A stretch of DNA of 64,000 bases from Amoebidium appalachense (Eukaryota > Protista > Ichthyosporea), in contig CAVNZM010000001.1 of NCBI GenBank assembly GCA_963693365.1, positions 11,000,161 through 11,064,160 on the forward strand, written 5' to 3'. The notes below the pieces were generated by a model. That model was not told where the DNA came from. It saw nothing but the letters and a program-made list of their open reading frames with translations, and searched no databases. The position numbers were made by a program, and so were the translations under genes. Shown piece after piece: positions 1-47,550 of this stretch; the first letter of the stretch is position 1; every line of letters starts with the position of its first letter.

Positions 1-238
1 ACATACATCCCCCTCCCCCCGCCCCCTCCCCCCCCTCCCCCCTTGTCCCCTCAAGAATCTCATCCTCCTCCTCCCCTCTTGGCCTCCCGAGATTGTGCTC
101 CATCAAAGCATGTGTATGTCCTTTTGCCCACCACCTCACGCTATTCAGTTGCAAATTTGTACTTAACCGTGTGTGCCGTTGTTCTAACTCCCCCCCCCCC
201 CCCCCCCCCTCCCCTCCCCCCAAACCCCCCCTGCATAC

Positions 239-275
<37 letters not shown>

Positions 276-519
276 CACGCGGACCCAAACAAAACACAGA
301 CACACAAGAAACACACACACGCAAACACTCACACCGGCGCACACACACACAAACACATGCACACGGACCCTCCCCCCCCCCCCCCCCCCCCCGACACACA
401 CACACACACAACCACACCCATCCATGCACATACACACCGACATCTACCCACACACACGTGCACACACCCATACTCCCTCTCCCAACCCCCCCCTCCACCC
501 CCCCCCCCTCCACCCCCCC

Positions 520-8340
<7,821 letters not shown>

Positions 8341-8876
8341 GGTCTGGGTGAGGGTTTGGCGAATAGCGATTTAAGAATTATTAATTTTGCCTTTTTTCTC
8401 TCTAGAGAATTTTTGCTTGTTTATTTTATGGGGGTAGTTTTGTGAATGGTTGACAGGGATTCGTGTTTTTTCGTGAATCAGTGTGTGCGGTGGCGGTGGT
8501 GGTTGCAGTATTGTAGAAAGGGTTTTCTTTTTTTCTTTTTTTTTTTTTTTTTTGGGGGGGGGGGGGGGGAGGGGGGAGGGGGGAGGGGGAGGAGGGGGGA
8601 GGGGGGGGGGGGGGGGGGGGGGGGTATCATAATCAGATTATGATTGAGTGCCCTGAAGGTGTCGATCTGTTGCCATGAAATGCTAAATTATAAACTCGAT
8701 TCTAGCGGTGATATTGTGTGCATGGCAATGTTGACAGGTTGTGTTTTTGAGCGTTATGTTTGTTCTTTTCTTTTGTTTTAAGCATTTGGAGTAGAAAATG
8801 AACATGTATACGAATGTCTGAATGTGTCTGTCTAGTCGCGATCCTACCATAATATCAGACGACAAACTTCATGTAC

Positions 8877-8933
<57 letters not shown>

Positions 8934-8937
8934 ACGC

Positions 8938-8996
<59 letters not shown>

Positions 8997-9772
8997 AGCA
9001 GCCAAACCACGAATTTCAAACACAAATGACACGTGCTTAGCCGCTTCATAAGCTGGCCGAATATTATTTTTTATTAGCTATAGTTACCTGTGATTGGATG
9101 GTTAGATTTAGGAAGTACGTACTCCAAAACTGTAACTTGTGGCATAGATTCATTGATTAGTATTAAAGAGCATGTGGGATACGTCGAAGTATCATGAATA
9201 CGGTACTGATGCAAGATGCCCCCTCCCCCCACTCCCCCCTCCCGCCGCACCCTGCCCACACATCCGCACACGCACGCACGCACACAAACACATTCAGGAA
9301 TGAAGTGAAGTAATGATAGAACACTTAATCTAGAATATATTGGGAAGGTCCCCCCCCCGGCCCCCCTCCCCCTCCAACCACCACCACCGGCCACACACAC
9401 ACACGCTTACAATCAAACGCACACACAAGAACCCCTGATATCGATTTTAACTCATTTTATGAGTCGTGCCGTTCGTCCGCTATAGTTCGATCTCGAGCTG
9501 ATGGATACTAGTATCTGGATCTTGAAGCGCCCTGTAGCTAAAAGGGGTTTCTGGAGAAACAGCTGCAGGTACTTTTGAAATGTGGTTTTGCAGGGGAAAA
9601 AACGGACGTAACGTCCACCAGTCATGTGACCGCATTCCTTCCAAATGTGCGGGAAATCAGGGACGTCACTTGGCTTTTTTTTTCCCCCTTGTATAGTGCA
9701 TGTAATGCTAGGGATAGGAATGCCGACCACAATTATTATAGGTAGGGTATTGAAGTGTGTGTGTGTGCGTGT

Positions 9773-9830
<58 letters not shown>

Positions 9831-10507
9831 GTGTAAGTGTGTGTGTGTATGTGTGCGTGTGTGTGAGTGTGTGTGTGTGTATGTATGTGTGTGCGCGTGC
9901 GCGCAACAAACACGGTGACGGTGCTTGTGGATTCGCTTCAAATGCATTTGACACCCGCTTGGCATGATGGTAAACTTACAATACTAGTTTAGACTCTCAT
10001 GATCTCAGCAAAACAAGATACAACTATATATATTCATAAACACCATAGAGGACAGCACTTTGTTGCCCAATTACAAACCACAATGATCAAAGACACCCCA
10101 GGCGTCAACAATTTGGGCCGAAGTTTTATCAGCCCCTCTTATCAGATTCCCTACATGAAGTCACTTGAGGCCCATGTGTTTACTTGCCAGCACTCCTCTT
10201 ACATCTCCTCCTAAACAAAATACACTAGCAACAACATATTATTATGTGCTATGATCAAGACCCGCTCAGAGTAATTTCACATTGCTACATATAGCAATCG
10301 AACTTTTTAACATGCACTAGCTAGTCCATCCGGCATTCACACAAAACGTTCAGGTTTCAATTAAGAAGATAGAAGAGCCCACGGCATTCCCAGAACACAG
10401 AGTAAATATTTTCCAACGGCAAAAAATGCTATCAGTTACATATACACTTACAGACTGTCTACAGAACAGTTCGTCGAAAGAAAACGTATGTGCGTGTTTC
10501 ATGTGTG

Positions 10508-10558
<51 letters not shown>

Positions 10559-10644
10559 TGTGTGTGTGTGCACGCACGCGCGCGTGTGTGTTCCGGTGTT
10601 GAAGTAGAAGTGTGTGTGTGTGTGTGTTGGGGGGGGGGGGGGGG

Positions 10645-10791
10645 TGATGTATGCGTTAGAGGGTTGGAAATATGGAGGAGTCAACAAAGAGCAACAACGA
10701 AAACGTCACAAAAATTAGAAACCCAAAATTCAAAATTTTAAGCGTGCAATCAGAAGAAACTCGAACAGAGCCCCTCATCAGGCGGGTTCCT
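10645..10791 (-). mobile_element. Subfamily 1 element, 3' fragment between poly-G tracts
   Basis: Reverse complement contains CTGATGAggggctctgttcgag and the common tail ccaaccctctaacgcatacatca. Confidence 0.75.
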
Positions 10792-10882
10792 GGGGGGGGA
10801 AGGGGGGGATATATTGTGCATTATCAAACTCAACCACTCTCATTTCCATTACACTTAGACACTTAGAAAATTCACCTGACTC

Positions 10883-11328
10883 TCAAGCCAAGCGCTGTTC
10901 AAAGCCCTGAAAGATACTTTCCTTCGCCTTGGGGCTAACAGGATTAGCCCCGATGTACGCATCCACGAAAATTCGGCACAAAAGATCAGATTTTATGCTA
11001 CCCGTCACCTCTCCCTTATGTTCAATAGCCAAAACCCCATCTCCGATGGAAATTTTCACCGTGTCTCCAGCCGGGAGGTCCGACTTCGGAAACGCGCGCT
11101 TAAACTCTTCCACCAATGATTTCGCTTCTTTAAGTTCCTCTGGGTTTAAAGTGGTGGGCAGGCGCCCCTCGAGCATGCGTCCAAATGCATCCCTCAGGTG
11201 CCCTCCCCGGGATGACTTTGTCGGTTTTAGCACAAACAGTTTCTTCACAGAGGTGGACTCAGCAAATTTGGTTGCGAAGTCTGGAGTACTAACCTGTAGT
11301 GGGGTGAAATGGGGAGGGGGAGGGGGGT

Positions 11329-11378
<50 letters not shown>

Positions 11379-11432
11379 GGGGAGAAGGTGTGTGTGTGTG
11401 GTAATGGTGGTGGTGGTGGGTTTGGTGGTGGG

Positions 11433-11466
<34 letters not shown>

Positions 11467-11474
11467 GGGGGGGT

Positions 11475-11520
<46 letters not shown>

Positions 11521-11626
11521 GTGTTAGGTGTGGGTAACGAGCATGGCAGGCATGTAAGGATTCAATGAAATAGTCCAAAAATGACATCGACAGAGCCCTA
11601 TACAACCGTGTATTTTTCTTTTCATT

Positions 11627-11676
<50 letters not shown>

Positions 11677-12328
11677 AGGGGGGGGTGGCGAAGTGATCCA
11701 TAGTATCAGAACTTTATCCAGTTACCTTGGGTGAAACCTGATTCAGGAGGGAGAGGGTTGGGATGGGATGGTTGAGCCGGGGGGATAGGTTTGGGGGGAG
11801 GGGAGGGGGGAAGGGGGGAGGGGGGAGAGAGGGGGAAAGGGGGAGGGGGGATGAAGTAATTACAGGAAACCAAAAACAATAGTGTAAGTGGAGCAAATGA
11901 CAGAAGGGGTGTGGATGGGGGTAGGAACCCGGCAAGAGAGGGACAGGGGGAGAAGAAGTCACGGAGAACGGAGGAATGAGAGAGGGGGGGAAGGGGAGCA
12001 AGGAGGAGTTGGGGGGGGGGGGGGGGGGGGGGAGAGGGAGGGGAGGAGGAGGGGGGGGGGGGGGGGGGGGGTGTAGTCTGATAAGAGATAGGGATAGGGT
12101 GAGGCCGCTAGCAGGGTGGGTGCAGGGGCGGCGGGGGGAGGGGGGGGGGAGCCTCTGAGGCAGGGAGGGGGGAGAAGAGAGATATTGCGTACGTGTATAT
12201 ATGAGGTGCAAGGTAGAAAGATGGGAAAGACGCATTAGGCCAACACGACAAGCTCATGAAAGCAACTGCCTTTTTTTTTTTTTTTTTTTTTTTAATGAAA
12301 AAAAAGGGGTTTTTCCCTGTTTGAGCCT

Positions 12329-12367
<39 letters not shown>

Positions 12368-13679
12368 AGAAGAAAGAAAGGGGAGCCCTTGTGAGCAGGA
12401 ACAGGGGTTTGTGTGAATATTGGGGGGGGGGGGGGGGGGACCGCAGGGAGGGAGAAGAGTAGGGTAAAGTGGGAGGGGGAGATAAAAAGATCAATGGAAA
12501 ATGGAGGGAGGGAGGGAGGGAGGATGGGGGGGGGGGGGGGGGGGGGGGGGGGGAGGATGTATGTGTTAGAGGGTTGGAAACATGGAGGAGACAACAACGA
12601 GCAACAACAAACGTACAAAAGTGGGAAATCCAAAATCAAACAAATTAAAGCGTGCAGGCAGAAGACTCTTGAACAGAGCCCATCATCAGGGGGGTTCATA
12701 TGCCTCCACAAAAGCATGGGTTTCGACTCTTTAACCTCTCGCGCGTGGTTCCCAACCCATACTTTGTACAAACAGCAATAGGCGAATCCACCCGTCTTGG
12801 CCAAAGAGGAGCAGGGTTGTTCAAGGAGCAGCAATCTAAGAAAACAGAGTCTACAAAAACTGCAAGGGAGGGAGAAAGAGAAAGAGGCAGAGAGGGAAGC
12901 AGGGCAGAGGGGAGAGAGAAGAGGAGAGGGTGGGGCGGGGGGGGGAGGGGGGAGGAAGAGAGAGAGGCAGAGGGAGGAAGGATGGATTTGGAGGGGAGAG
13001 GGAGGGAGGAAAAGGGGGAAGAGGGGCAGAGCAAGAGGGGGAGAGAGAGGGAGGGGGAGGGGAAATAAAAGGGGGTGGCAGGGACGGAGGTGAGAAAGGG
13101 GGAGGGGGGGGAGGGGGGAGAGGGAGGGACGGGAGAAAGGTGGGGGGGGGGGGAGGGCGGGGGGGAAAGGAGGAGGGAAGAAAGGGAGGAAAGGAGAGGG
13201 GGGGAGGGGCAGGGAGGAAGGAAGGGAAAAAGAGAGGGAGAGAGGGAGGAGGGAGGGGGAGAGGGAGGGAGGGAGGAGTAAGGAAGGGAGGGAGGGGGGA
13301 AGGAAGGGAGGGAGGGAGGGAGGGAGCAGCCTTCGTTTTTGACAGTGAGGAGCCACAGCATGTTGTCTACGTCAGATCAACCAAACAACAAAAGGACTGG
13401 GGAGTCATCGAGTGTGAGGGGAAGAAAGGGACGTGTGTGTGTGGGGGGGGAAGAGAGAGAGAGAGAAGGGGTGAGGGGAGAGAGAGAACGGGAGAGAGAG
13501 AGAAGAGAGACAAAGAGGGGAGGGGGGTGGGGAGAGAGAGAGAGGAAGAGGCAGAGGGAGAGGAAGAGAGAGAGACGGAAGGAGGGAGGGAAAGAGGGAG
13601 GGAAAGAGGGAGGGAGGGAGAGAGGGGGTGAGGGAGGGAGTGAGGGAGAGAGAGAGAGGGGGGAGGGGGGGGGGGGGGA

Positions 13680-13719
<40 letters not shown>

Positions 13720-14188
13720 AGAAAGGTAAAAAGGGGAGTGGGGAGTAACTTACTCCCTTTGAATTCTCTTTCATCTCCTTCAGTTGCCTCGTTGTTTCCT
13801 TGTCGGTAGGTACATACATCCCCACCACGTAGGTGCTTATTTGGAAGATTGTCAGTGCACGCACACCCAACCCCACCAGTCCATATTCCCCGGGCAGAAC
13901 CTCGGGAAACTCCAACCCTGTCGAAGACTCCTTTCTGACGCTGACATTTTCAGTTTGCGTAGCTGCTTCACTAAAGGCAACACCGCCCCCTAGTCCAAGA
14001 AATGAACCACAGATGTATCCCCAATAATGGGGTCTCTGTGTGTTTGTGGTGGATTTGTAGGTGTGTGTGCGGGTTGAGAACACCCTATGGCAGAGGGAAG
14101 CTGGTAGGCGCATGAGGGCGGTGTGTGGGCGGTGGGCAAGGGGGAAAAGAGCACGTAGGCTCGTTGTGAATAGGCGTGTTGTGTTCAT
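10883..14188 (-). CDS. Chalcone-isomerase-fold mitochondrial protein (AIM18/AIM46-like)
   Basis: Exons 14188-13754, a probable 12-nt microexon 11737-11726 and 11293-10883. Arg/Ser/Thr-rich N-terminus resembles a mitochondrial presequence. Motifs LVGLGVRALTIFQISTYVVGMY, GHLRDAFGRML and IFVDAYIGANPVSPKAKES fit the CHI-like family. Confidence 0.85.
12556..12830 (-). mobile_element. Poly-C-associated structured retroelement, subfamily 1, with complete hammerhead-like core
   Basis: Sense reads cttgaacaaccc...gattc...aaagtatggGTTggg...gagtcGAAAcccatgctttt...cccCTGATGAtgggctctgttcaag...ccaaccctctaacacatacatc, then poly-C. The same 3' end recurs at 1-10, 3177-3357, 10645-10791, 16991-17160, 21405-21482 and 24357-24560. 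Confidence 0.8.
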
Positions 14189-15449
14189 TTTCTTTCTTAC
14201 TCCCCCTGAACTATACTATAACTATGAAATGCACATGTGTTGTTTCTTCTTTGACAACTGTGCGCATGCGGAATCTATGCTGAATGTTGACAAACCGTTT
14301 ATGGCCTCCTAGATTACACATTGATCTAGGAGAACAAACATTTTTGACGACCAATCATAACACTGTGTCGCACAACCATAACGCAAAGTGTCAAGCCAAA
14401 CACATTCCTTGTTAGCACATTTATGATTTTAGATCAGACCAGGGTGGCAAATCGCAATTTTGATGTTCGGTCACTTCGGTGCATTTCTGTTTGTTTTCAA
14501 CCAGTGGGCTTCAACCGCCTTTAGCGCGGTTTTTGTCCGACAGTTTACTTGGATAGCACGCGGAGGACCTAGCAACGGAAAGTTATGAACGTTTCTGGTG
14601 TATGTACATGTGAGTACATCTGAGCTCAAATTTCACAGCCTGGATCCAACCCTTCAAAAGGCGTTGGGCAAATAAATGATATTAAAATGTAATTGTATCT
14701 ATGAGTAAAGCATTACCCATCTACACCAATCAAATGCTTTCAATATATGATCAAGCGGCTAAAATATTTTGGCGGATTTTATGCGCAGACACGACGTCAC
14801 GGTGCACTATGAGGTGAACGAGTCACGGCACGCCATAAAGCAAAGTGGTTCAAATTGCAGAGCTGCAAGTACAAAACGGGTTCAGTTCTGGTTGTAACTA
14901 TGAGAACCAGTTAGTTATCATTTCTAATGCAACATCTGTCATCGTAATTTGCAAAAGGTAGATACAACACCCTGATTTGAGATTCATTTTCTTTCTAGTC
15001 ACATGACTGGCCCATCGGTCATCACATCAGCATCATAGGACTCCAACTGCACAGCTGCAGAGAAAAGTGAGGTCTCTAACACAACTCCTGGTGACCCCTT
15101 GAATGATTCACACAGATGCAGAATACTCATGGCTTTTTGAAATGGAACACTTTTCTTTTCTAATTTTTCGGGTTTTCGGTTCTTTTAAAAAGATCTGCGG
15201 TACTGTATATGTTGCACGTTTACCTACACATCTCTAGTATGTTGGGCAGTGTCTTAGCGGACTTCGTGAGAAGGGCTTGATATAGTTTTCAGTTGCAGAT
15301 GCTGATGAGTGTTCGTGAGTAGTTTTTTGTGTAGTTTTTGGGATTGTAGTGTGCCGCGTGTGCGTGCGCTGTGTGTCTTTTTGGTGTTTTGTGTGGCCCT
15401 GTATTAGCTCTTGCTTTGCTGATGAGTGAACAAAGTTGTCAGTGTTTGT

Positions 15450-15520
<71 letters not shown>

Positions 15521-16990
15521 CTGTGTGTGCGCGTGTGTGTGTGTGTCTTTGTGTATATACCTGCATGCTTAGCCGTGCCCGTGGCTTCTCGTCTTTGTGT
15601 AAGAGGCTACTTCGTTTATGTAAATGTATGCTGGCAGATGTTGTGTATTTGTTTGCGTATTACTTAAAGTACTATACATTGCATATTCCTGTATGCCCAT
15701 TGGCAAGCAAGCAACCTATTTTTAGAGATAATAATTTCAAGGTTTGTAAGGTTATTGCCTCCCTTGTTAACTTCCATCACTCCACCCTATTAGTATTTAT
15801 TCTATCTGGTGCAGCCTCTGTGTGCTTTATAAATTGTACCATCAGACGCAGGCAGAAAGCCTTTTTTTCCACCTTTAACCAGTTCATTAAAGGTGGGCAA
15901 GTAGGATATGTACCCGTGTTTTGTTGTGTTTTGTGTTAGTGATAGATGTTTCTCGGTCGAGTCGCCGTTGGATTTACCATTTTGGCCCGCACGGCCTACT
16001 CACAGTCCTATTCCTGGTATTCTGGTCATATTCGTATCAATCTTGGTTTTACATTATTATTTGCAGCGGTGTTAACCCTGGTTTTGGCGATATTCAGGAT
16101 TCATAGAATTTATCAATGATTCCTAGCACTGACTAGGCATTCCGAGGCATCCCCCCTGTTCATGGTATTCTCGAAAGAATAAGGGTTATAACTGAGGCTC
16201 TTCGATGTGCATACTGTATGTAGCAAAATTACATTTTATTCACCACGGTTAAGGCTTTGATGACGAACATTTTGCTAGTATTCCACCCGTGATTAGCCTA
16301 AACTGAATCCCCCCCCCCCCCCCCCCCCCCCCCCTCCCCCCGCCCGGGTGGGGAGCTACTTATGTTGCATACTGCACCGTGTTTCTCAATGAGGTCGTGT
16401 ACTTGTGCTAAGTCTTCGTACCGTGTTCTGCATTCTAACCTCCTCCCCCCTCCCCCCTCCCCCCACTCCCCTCTCTACCCCCCCCCCCCCCCCCCCCCCC
16501 CCTTCCCCCTTTCCCTCTGCAACCATCAGTCTTCCGTTTCGACAACTTACTGGGTGGGTTCAGACGGCAAGATGAAGATAGTCAGGTGGGTGGGCTGAAA
16601 CCTGAAATTCCACACGTCTGCCTTATTCATGTCTATGTCTACTTTTCGTGGTTTGATACATCATTTTTTGTCGTTGGTGCATATATCCTAATGACAGTAT
16701 GTATGATGGGCTTTGCCTACATGCCATGTTGCTATCTCCTTTTTTTACATTGGGCAGATTGCCCTTTTATGAACGTTTAGTAGGCTGCCAACATAATCGT
16801 TTTTTGAGATTGGTTCGTACGCTCCACTCAGTCCATAGCCACTAAACCGAATAAGCAAACAGCATTCCTGCCATCCAAGAAAACAAAGATGGGTTTTTGG
16901 AATCCCGCGAGAGGTTACACTGATAGAATCATTTTTAGGGGGATTCTTTGCCCCTTGATATTTGCTTTCATGCCGCCCTTCCAATGCATC

Positions 16991-17160
16991 CCCCCACGCG
17001 CGAGAGGTTAAAGAATCGAAACCCCTGCCATTTTGTGGAAACATAGGAACCCCCCTGACGATGGGCTCTGTTCAAGTGTCTTCGTTCCCACTTTTGTGAA
17101 GCTTTGTTGTTGCTCTTTGTTGTCTCCTCCATATTTCCAACCCTCTAACACATACATCAC
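16991..17160 (+). mobile_element. Subfamily 1 element, 5'-truncated
   Basis: cgcgcgagaggttaaagaatcGAAAc...cccCTGACGAtgggctctgttcaag...acatacatc, then poly-C. Confidence 0.8.
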
Positions 17161-17499
17161 CCCCCCCCCCCCCCCCCCCCCCCCCTTCCCCCCTCCCCCT
17201 CCCCCCTCCCATAAACCAACTTCCCGCCCTCCTCACATCCCAACCCCAGGTATCCTTGCCACTTGCCTGCCCAATTTTTTTGACTATATGCTTTGAGAAA
17301 GTGGGTAGGTAAATAGCAAGGGTTGATGAGGGTGGAGTGTTAGAGAAGCAGATAGAAACAAAAACCAACCAAACAAGAGAGAGTATGTGAGAAAGAGAAA
17401 GAGAAGAGATAAAAGAAAAACTACACCCACTACTATAATTAATAATTAACATCTCATCTTCCATATATCTCCACAGTGTTTTTCTCCTCCCGCTGTTAG

Positions 17500-25699
<8,200 letters not shown>

Positions 25700-28111
25700 A
25701 AAATCACACAATGGATCGGTAAAAGCTGCAACTATTGGCTGAGTTGGTAGGTTCTGAAGTGGGAGGTTTTTGTGTTTGACCAATCCCGGGCACTTGTAGT
25801 GCTACCCAAGGTGCACGTTTTCTACGCGATATTAGTTTGTGCAGTGTGTACGTACTTGAAGATGATTGGTTGAGACAGAAATGGCGTGACTGGAAATATG
25901 CTAGCCACAGTAGTGATAATGACGCCGCAATAGCGATTTTCTATAGGGTTCGGAGTTTAGAGTCATTAGATTATATCATTGTAAAATAGGGTGGGCTTTC
26001 GGCTGTAAAGCCATGTAAAATAGGTTTCAAATTAGGAATTATTGCACATGTAAAATACATGCACTAACTATAACAATATTTTAGGTGCATGAAGCCGCTA
26101 TTGGTGATGCTGTTCCAAAAGGGCAAAGACTGGTGTTTGTGATGGTTGTACCTGCTTGCAATTGCGTTGGCGTGTGATTGGCAAACTGTGTCACAGTGTG
26201 ATACATAATATTAAAAGCCAATAAACAGCAGGTATTTGAATGTGTTTCTTTAATTGTTGATGCAGTTTTGATCAATATATACGAGGGGTTGTTTACGATG
26301 TAGTTTAGTGCACCCCCAGCTGGGGTGTAAACCCTTGGCAAAGTGTGTACTAGTAGTTAGGTTTGGTAAAGGTGTGTTAGCTTAGCTGAGTACAGTGGCT
26401 GTGTACAGGCTGCCGTCCAAATGTGGAAGACGGTAGGGCCACCTGCACCCATGCATGGGGGGGTCCCTGCGGGAAAAAAACGTGATAGAATAAAAAAAAA
26501 AAAAGGTTTAGTGGACATGCACGCCAAGGCCCCCTACATGGTACTTTCTTTATAAGAGGTATTTTACACGCATAAACGTATAATCACGTGCACATCATTG
26601 ACTCAACCGGTGACACACGGAATATTGTGAACGTTTGCATGCAGCCTACGTCCTAAGGTTTGGACGATAATAATGGCAGTATGACTATTAAACCTATTAA
26701 ATTTGTGCTGGTGGTGCATGCCTTAATCAGACAATTGCACTGCTTTGCGCGTGTGTGCATATATGCATGTGCACGTATACGCGACCCACACGCACGTGTA
26801 CAGTGCACGTGGTGGTGCACGTAGGCATCGATACGAAGGTGTGTACCCCGCGACTCGTCGGGGCCCATCCTGGCCGCCCACAGGGCCCCAGGCTCCGCCA
26901 CGATCATATACGGCTGTCCGGCAATTCAGATTGTCTCAATCTACCAAAGTACCATATAGAGTCTTTTCTGGGCTAATACAATTGGTTTTGCGCTACCATA
27001 GAGGCCACTATCAGCTTATCTTCTTAGGGATTGATGGTAAATCATGCAAGTAGCTCTACTGATGCTCTCTACACCAATGGGAAGTTTCAGAAAAATGAAA
27101 TGGGGTTTGATTGGCTCATTGCCAAACGCACCAGCCAACAGCCCAACACAACAAGGTGCACAACGTGAAAAGTTTCAAAAGGCGGCTTCATACAGTATTG
27201 AACAGTTTCGCACAAGTTTCCTATAAAAAAAAACTCTTTATCGGAGAGTACCAAGTGGGCTTGTAAAAGATTTAGAGAGCTTGATTTTTGCAGGAAGCGT
27301 ATCTATTTTTTTAGAGGAAAGCAAAGATAAACAAAAGAGGGCAATCTTAGACACCCAGGTTCACACATTAATCGAACCTCCAACCATCACAAGATTCGCT
27401 AAAGCCACCTAACGACCACATACGCGAAACAACATAACACTGTTTGTAATGTAGATTGTAAGGTCATAAAACCAAAAAAATCTTTACAACAGGCGCGGAG
27501 AGCTATTGTGCACGAGGCATTCATTCAGATATTTAAAGGTGAGCAGATCTTTAAGTGGTTGTCTACTTTGTGCGATTGTTTATTGCCATTGTTTAGTTTT
27601 GAAACATCGCGTGGATCCGAGTTATAGGCTTTTTTGTGCTGCAGGGAGATGAAAAAAACCGTTGAACTCAAGCACGATGAGAGCTGTGTGAACGCAAGGA
27701 ATGAAGCAAACCCTGAAAAAGCCACACGCCTTCCACGGCCTTGGAACAAATACATAGAGGTTCAATTACTCTAGGCACCTGAACTGTTAGTAAACACAGG
27801 CATATAAATGCACGCACGCACACACACACAAATACGCATACTCAAATAGGCAAATATACGACCGCCTAGATACATGCATGCAAATACCCGCCACAAGACC
27901 TAAAGGATCCACACCTACCACTGTTCACATCCTCACCTTGTACCAAACTACCACACACCTTCAGAAAAAATATTAAACACCTCTGCTGGCACAACCACAG
28001 ATGCACGTGCACACTTCCTAAACACACAAGTTCGGTTACACACAAAGGCACACAAACACACGGACACACACAGACACACGGACACACACACACAAACACA
28101 CACGCACACGC

Positions 28112-28149
<38 letters not shown>

Positions 28150-28347
28150 ACCCACCCACCCACCCACCCACCCACCCACACACACACATACACACACACC
28201 CACACACACACACACACAACACAGGAGCTGCACACGCGTACACACACAAAAGCATGCACACACACGTACGCATACACTCACACACATGCGGGCGTGCGCG
28301 TGCACAGACACGCGCACGCATGCACACGCACACACATACGCGTGCGT

Positions 28348-28430
<83 letters not shown>

Positions 28431-29198
28431 TATTGTTTTACCTAGCTGATATTGAGTACTTAATATGCCTCTATTCAGTGTACTGTAAACTCAAAAATGA
28501 GTGAGTTCTTATTATCATGGCCTGAAAGAATGGCTCCCGTCTGGGGAAAAAGGGGGGGGAAGGGGCCCCAGGGGGGGGGGGGGGGGGGGGGGGGGGGAGG
28601 GGGGGGGGGGGGCGGGTGATGGGGCGGGCAGAGAGGGGAAAAAGTATATGGAAACCCCTCCCTCCAAAGCTTTCATCCCCCTCCCCCTTCTTCTCCTTCC
28701 CTTCCCCAAACCCCTTTCACCCCTCCCCTGCTCCTAACTTCTTAAGAACGTTGCTACGGTATTCACTTCCGTTTTTCCTTACATTCCCCCAAAAATATAT
28801 ATACACACATATATATACACAAACATTTTTTGTGCGTGTATGTGTGTGTGTGTGTTTGGGGGGAACAGAGAGATGGGGGGGGGGGGGGGGGAGGGGAGGG
28901 GTAGAGGACTTGTGTACGGAAGTACACACCAACCTAGGCCCATGTTGTGAAACAAAATTATCCGGCAAGAGGGGTGAGAGGGGGGGGGATAGAGGAGGGG
29001 GGGGGGGGGGGGGGGGTGATGGGAACTTTGAAGTGACTGGGTGGATTTGAGCGGAAAGATAGACAAGGGGGTGAACGATTTAATCCAATGAAATCGAAGC
29101 GAACACTCTCCCTAGCCCGGATACTGATTTCTTGTTGGAAGAATTTCTTGCCTACCCGTTGGATAGTTTTGCATTGGAACTAATATATACGGTGAAAA

Positions 29199-47064
<17,866 letters not shown>

Positions 47065-47550
47065 GTGACTGAAATTGAACACCCCGTTACGGCCCTTCGT
47101 TCCTTTTTAAACATATATCGTTGGCTTTCCGCGAATTAAATTTTGCTTGTTTTATTTATTTAGAATTATTTATTTGTCACACACACACGTACACACATAC
47201 GCACACACACACACACACACACAGCATGCGCACCTTCACACACAGACACACATACACAGAGACACACATTGGCGATTTAGATACCCACCATCCTGCCCCT
47301 CGGGTTGAGGCAAGGTTTCTTTAATTCAACTAGAATGTAGTGTAAAGTAGCTACCGAACAATGTTAACGTTATACATAGCTAGTTACCATTGTAGTGTGC
47401 CTTTTTTGATATTAATGGGATAATGCATAACCACGTTTTATGACCGCCGAGTCACGGAGTCATAAAGTAATGATATACGTGCTCATTATTTCCTGTCACG
47501 GTACCAGAATATTAAAGATGCACGATATCAAGTTGTCGGACCGACATAGC

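Noticed and set aside
14400-14800. Possible DNA-transposon remnant (also about 27230-27310 and 35580-35720)
   Set aside because: Only a vague resemblance; no TIR pair, TSD, ORF or second copy in the window.
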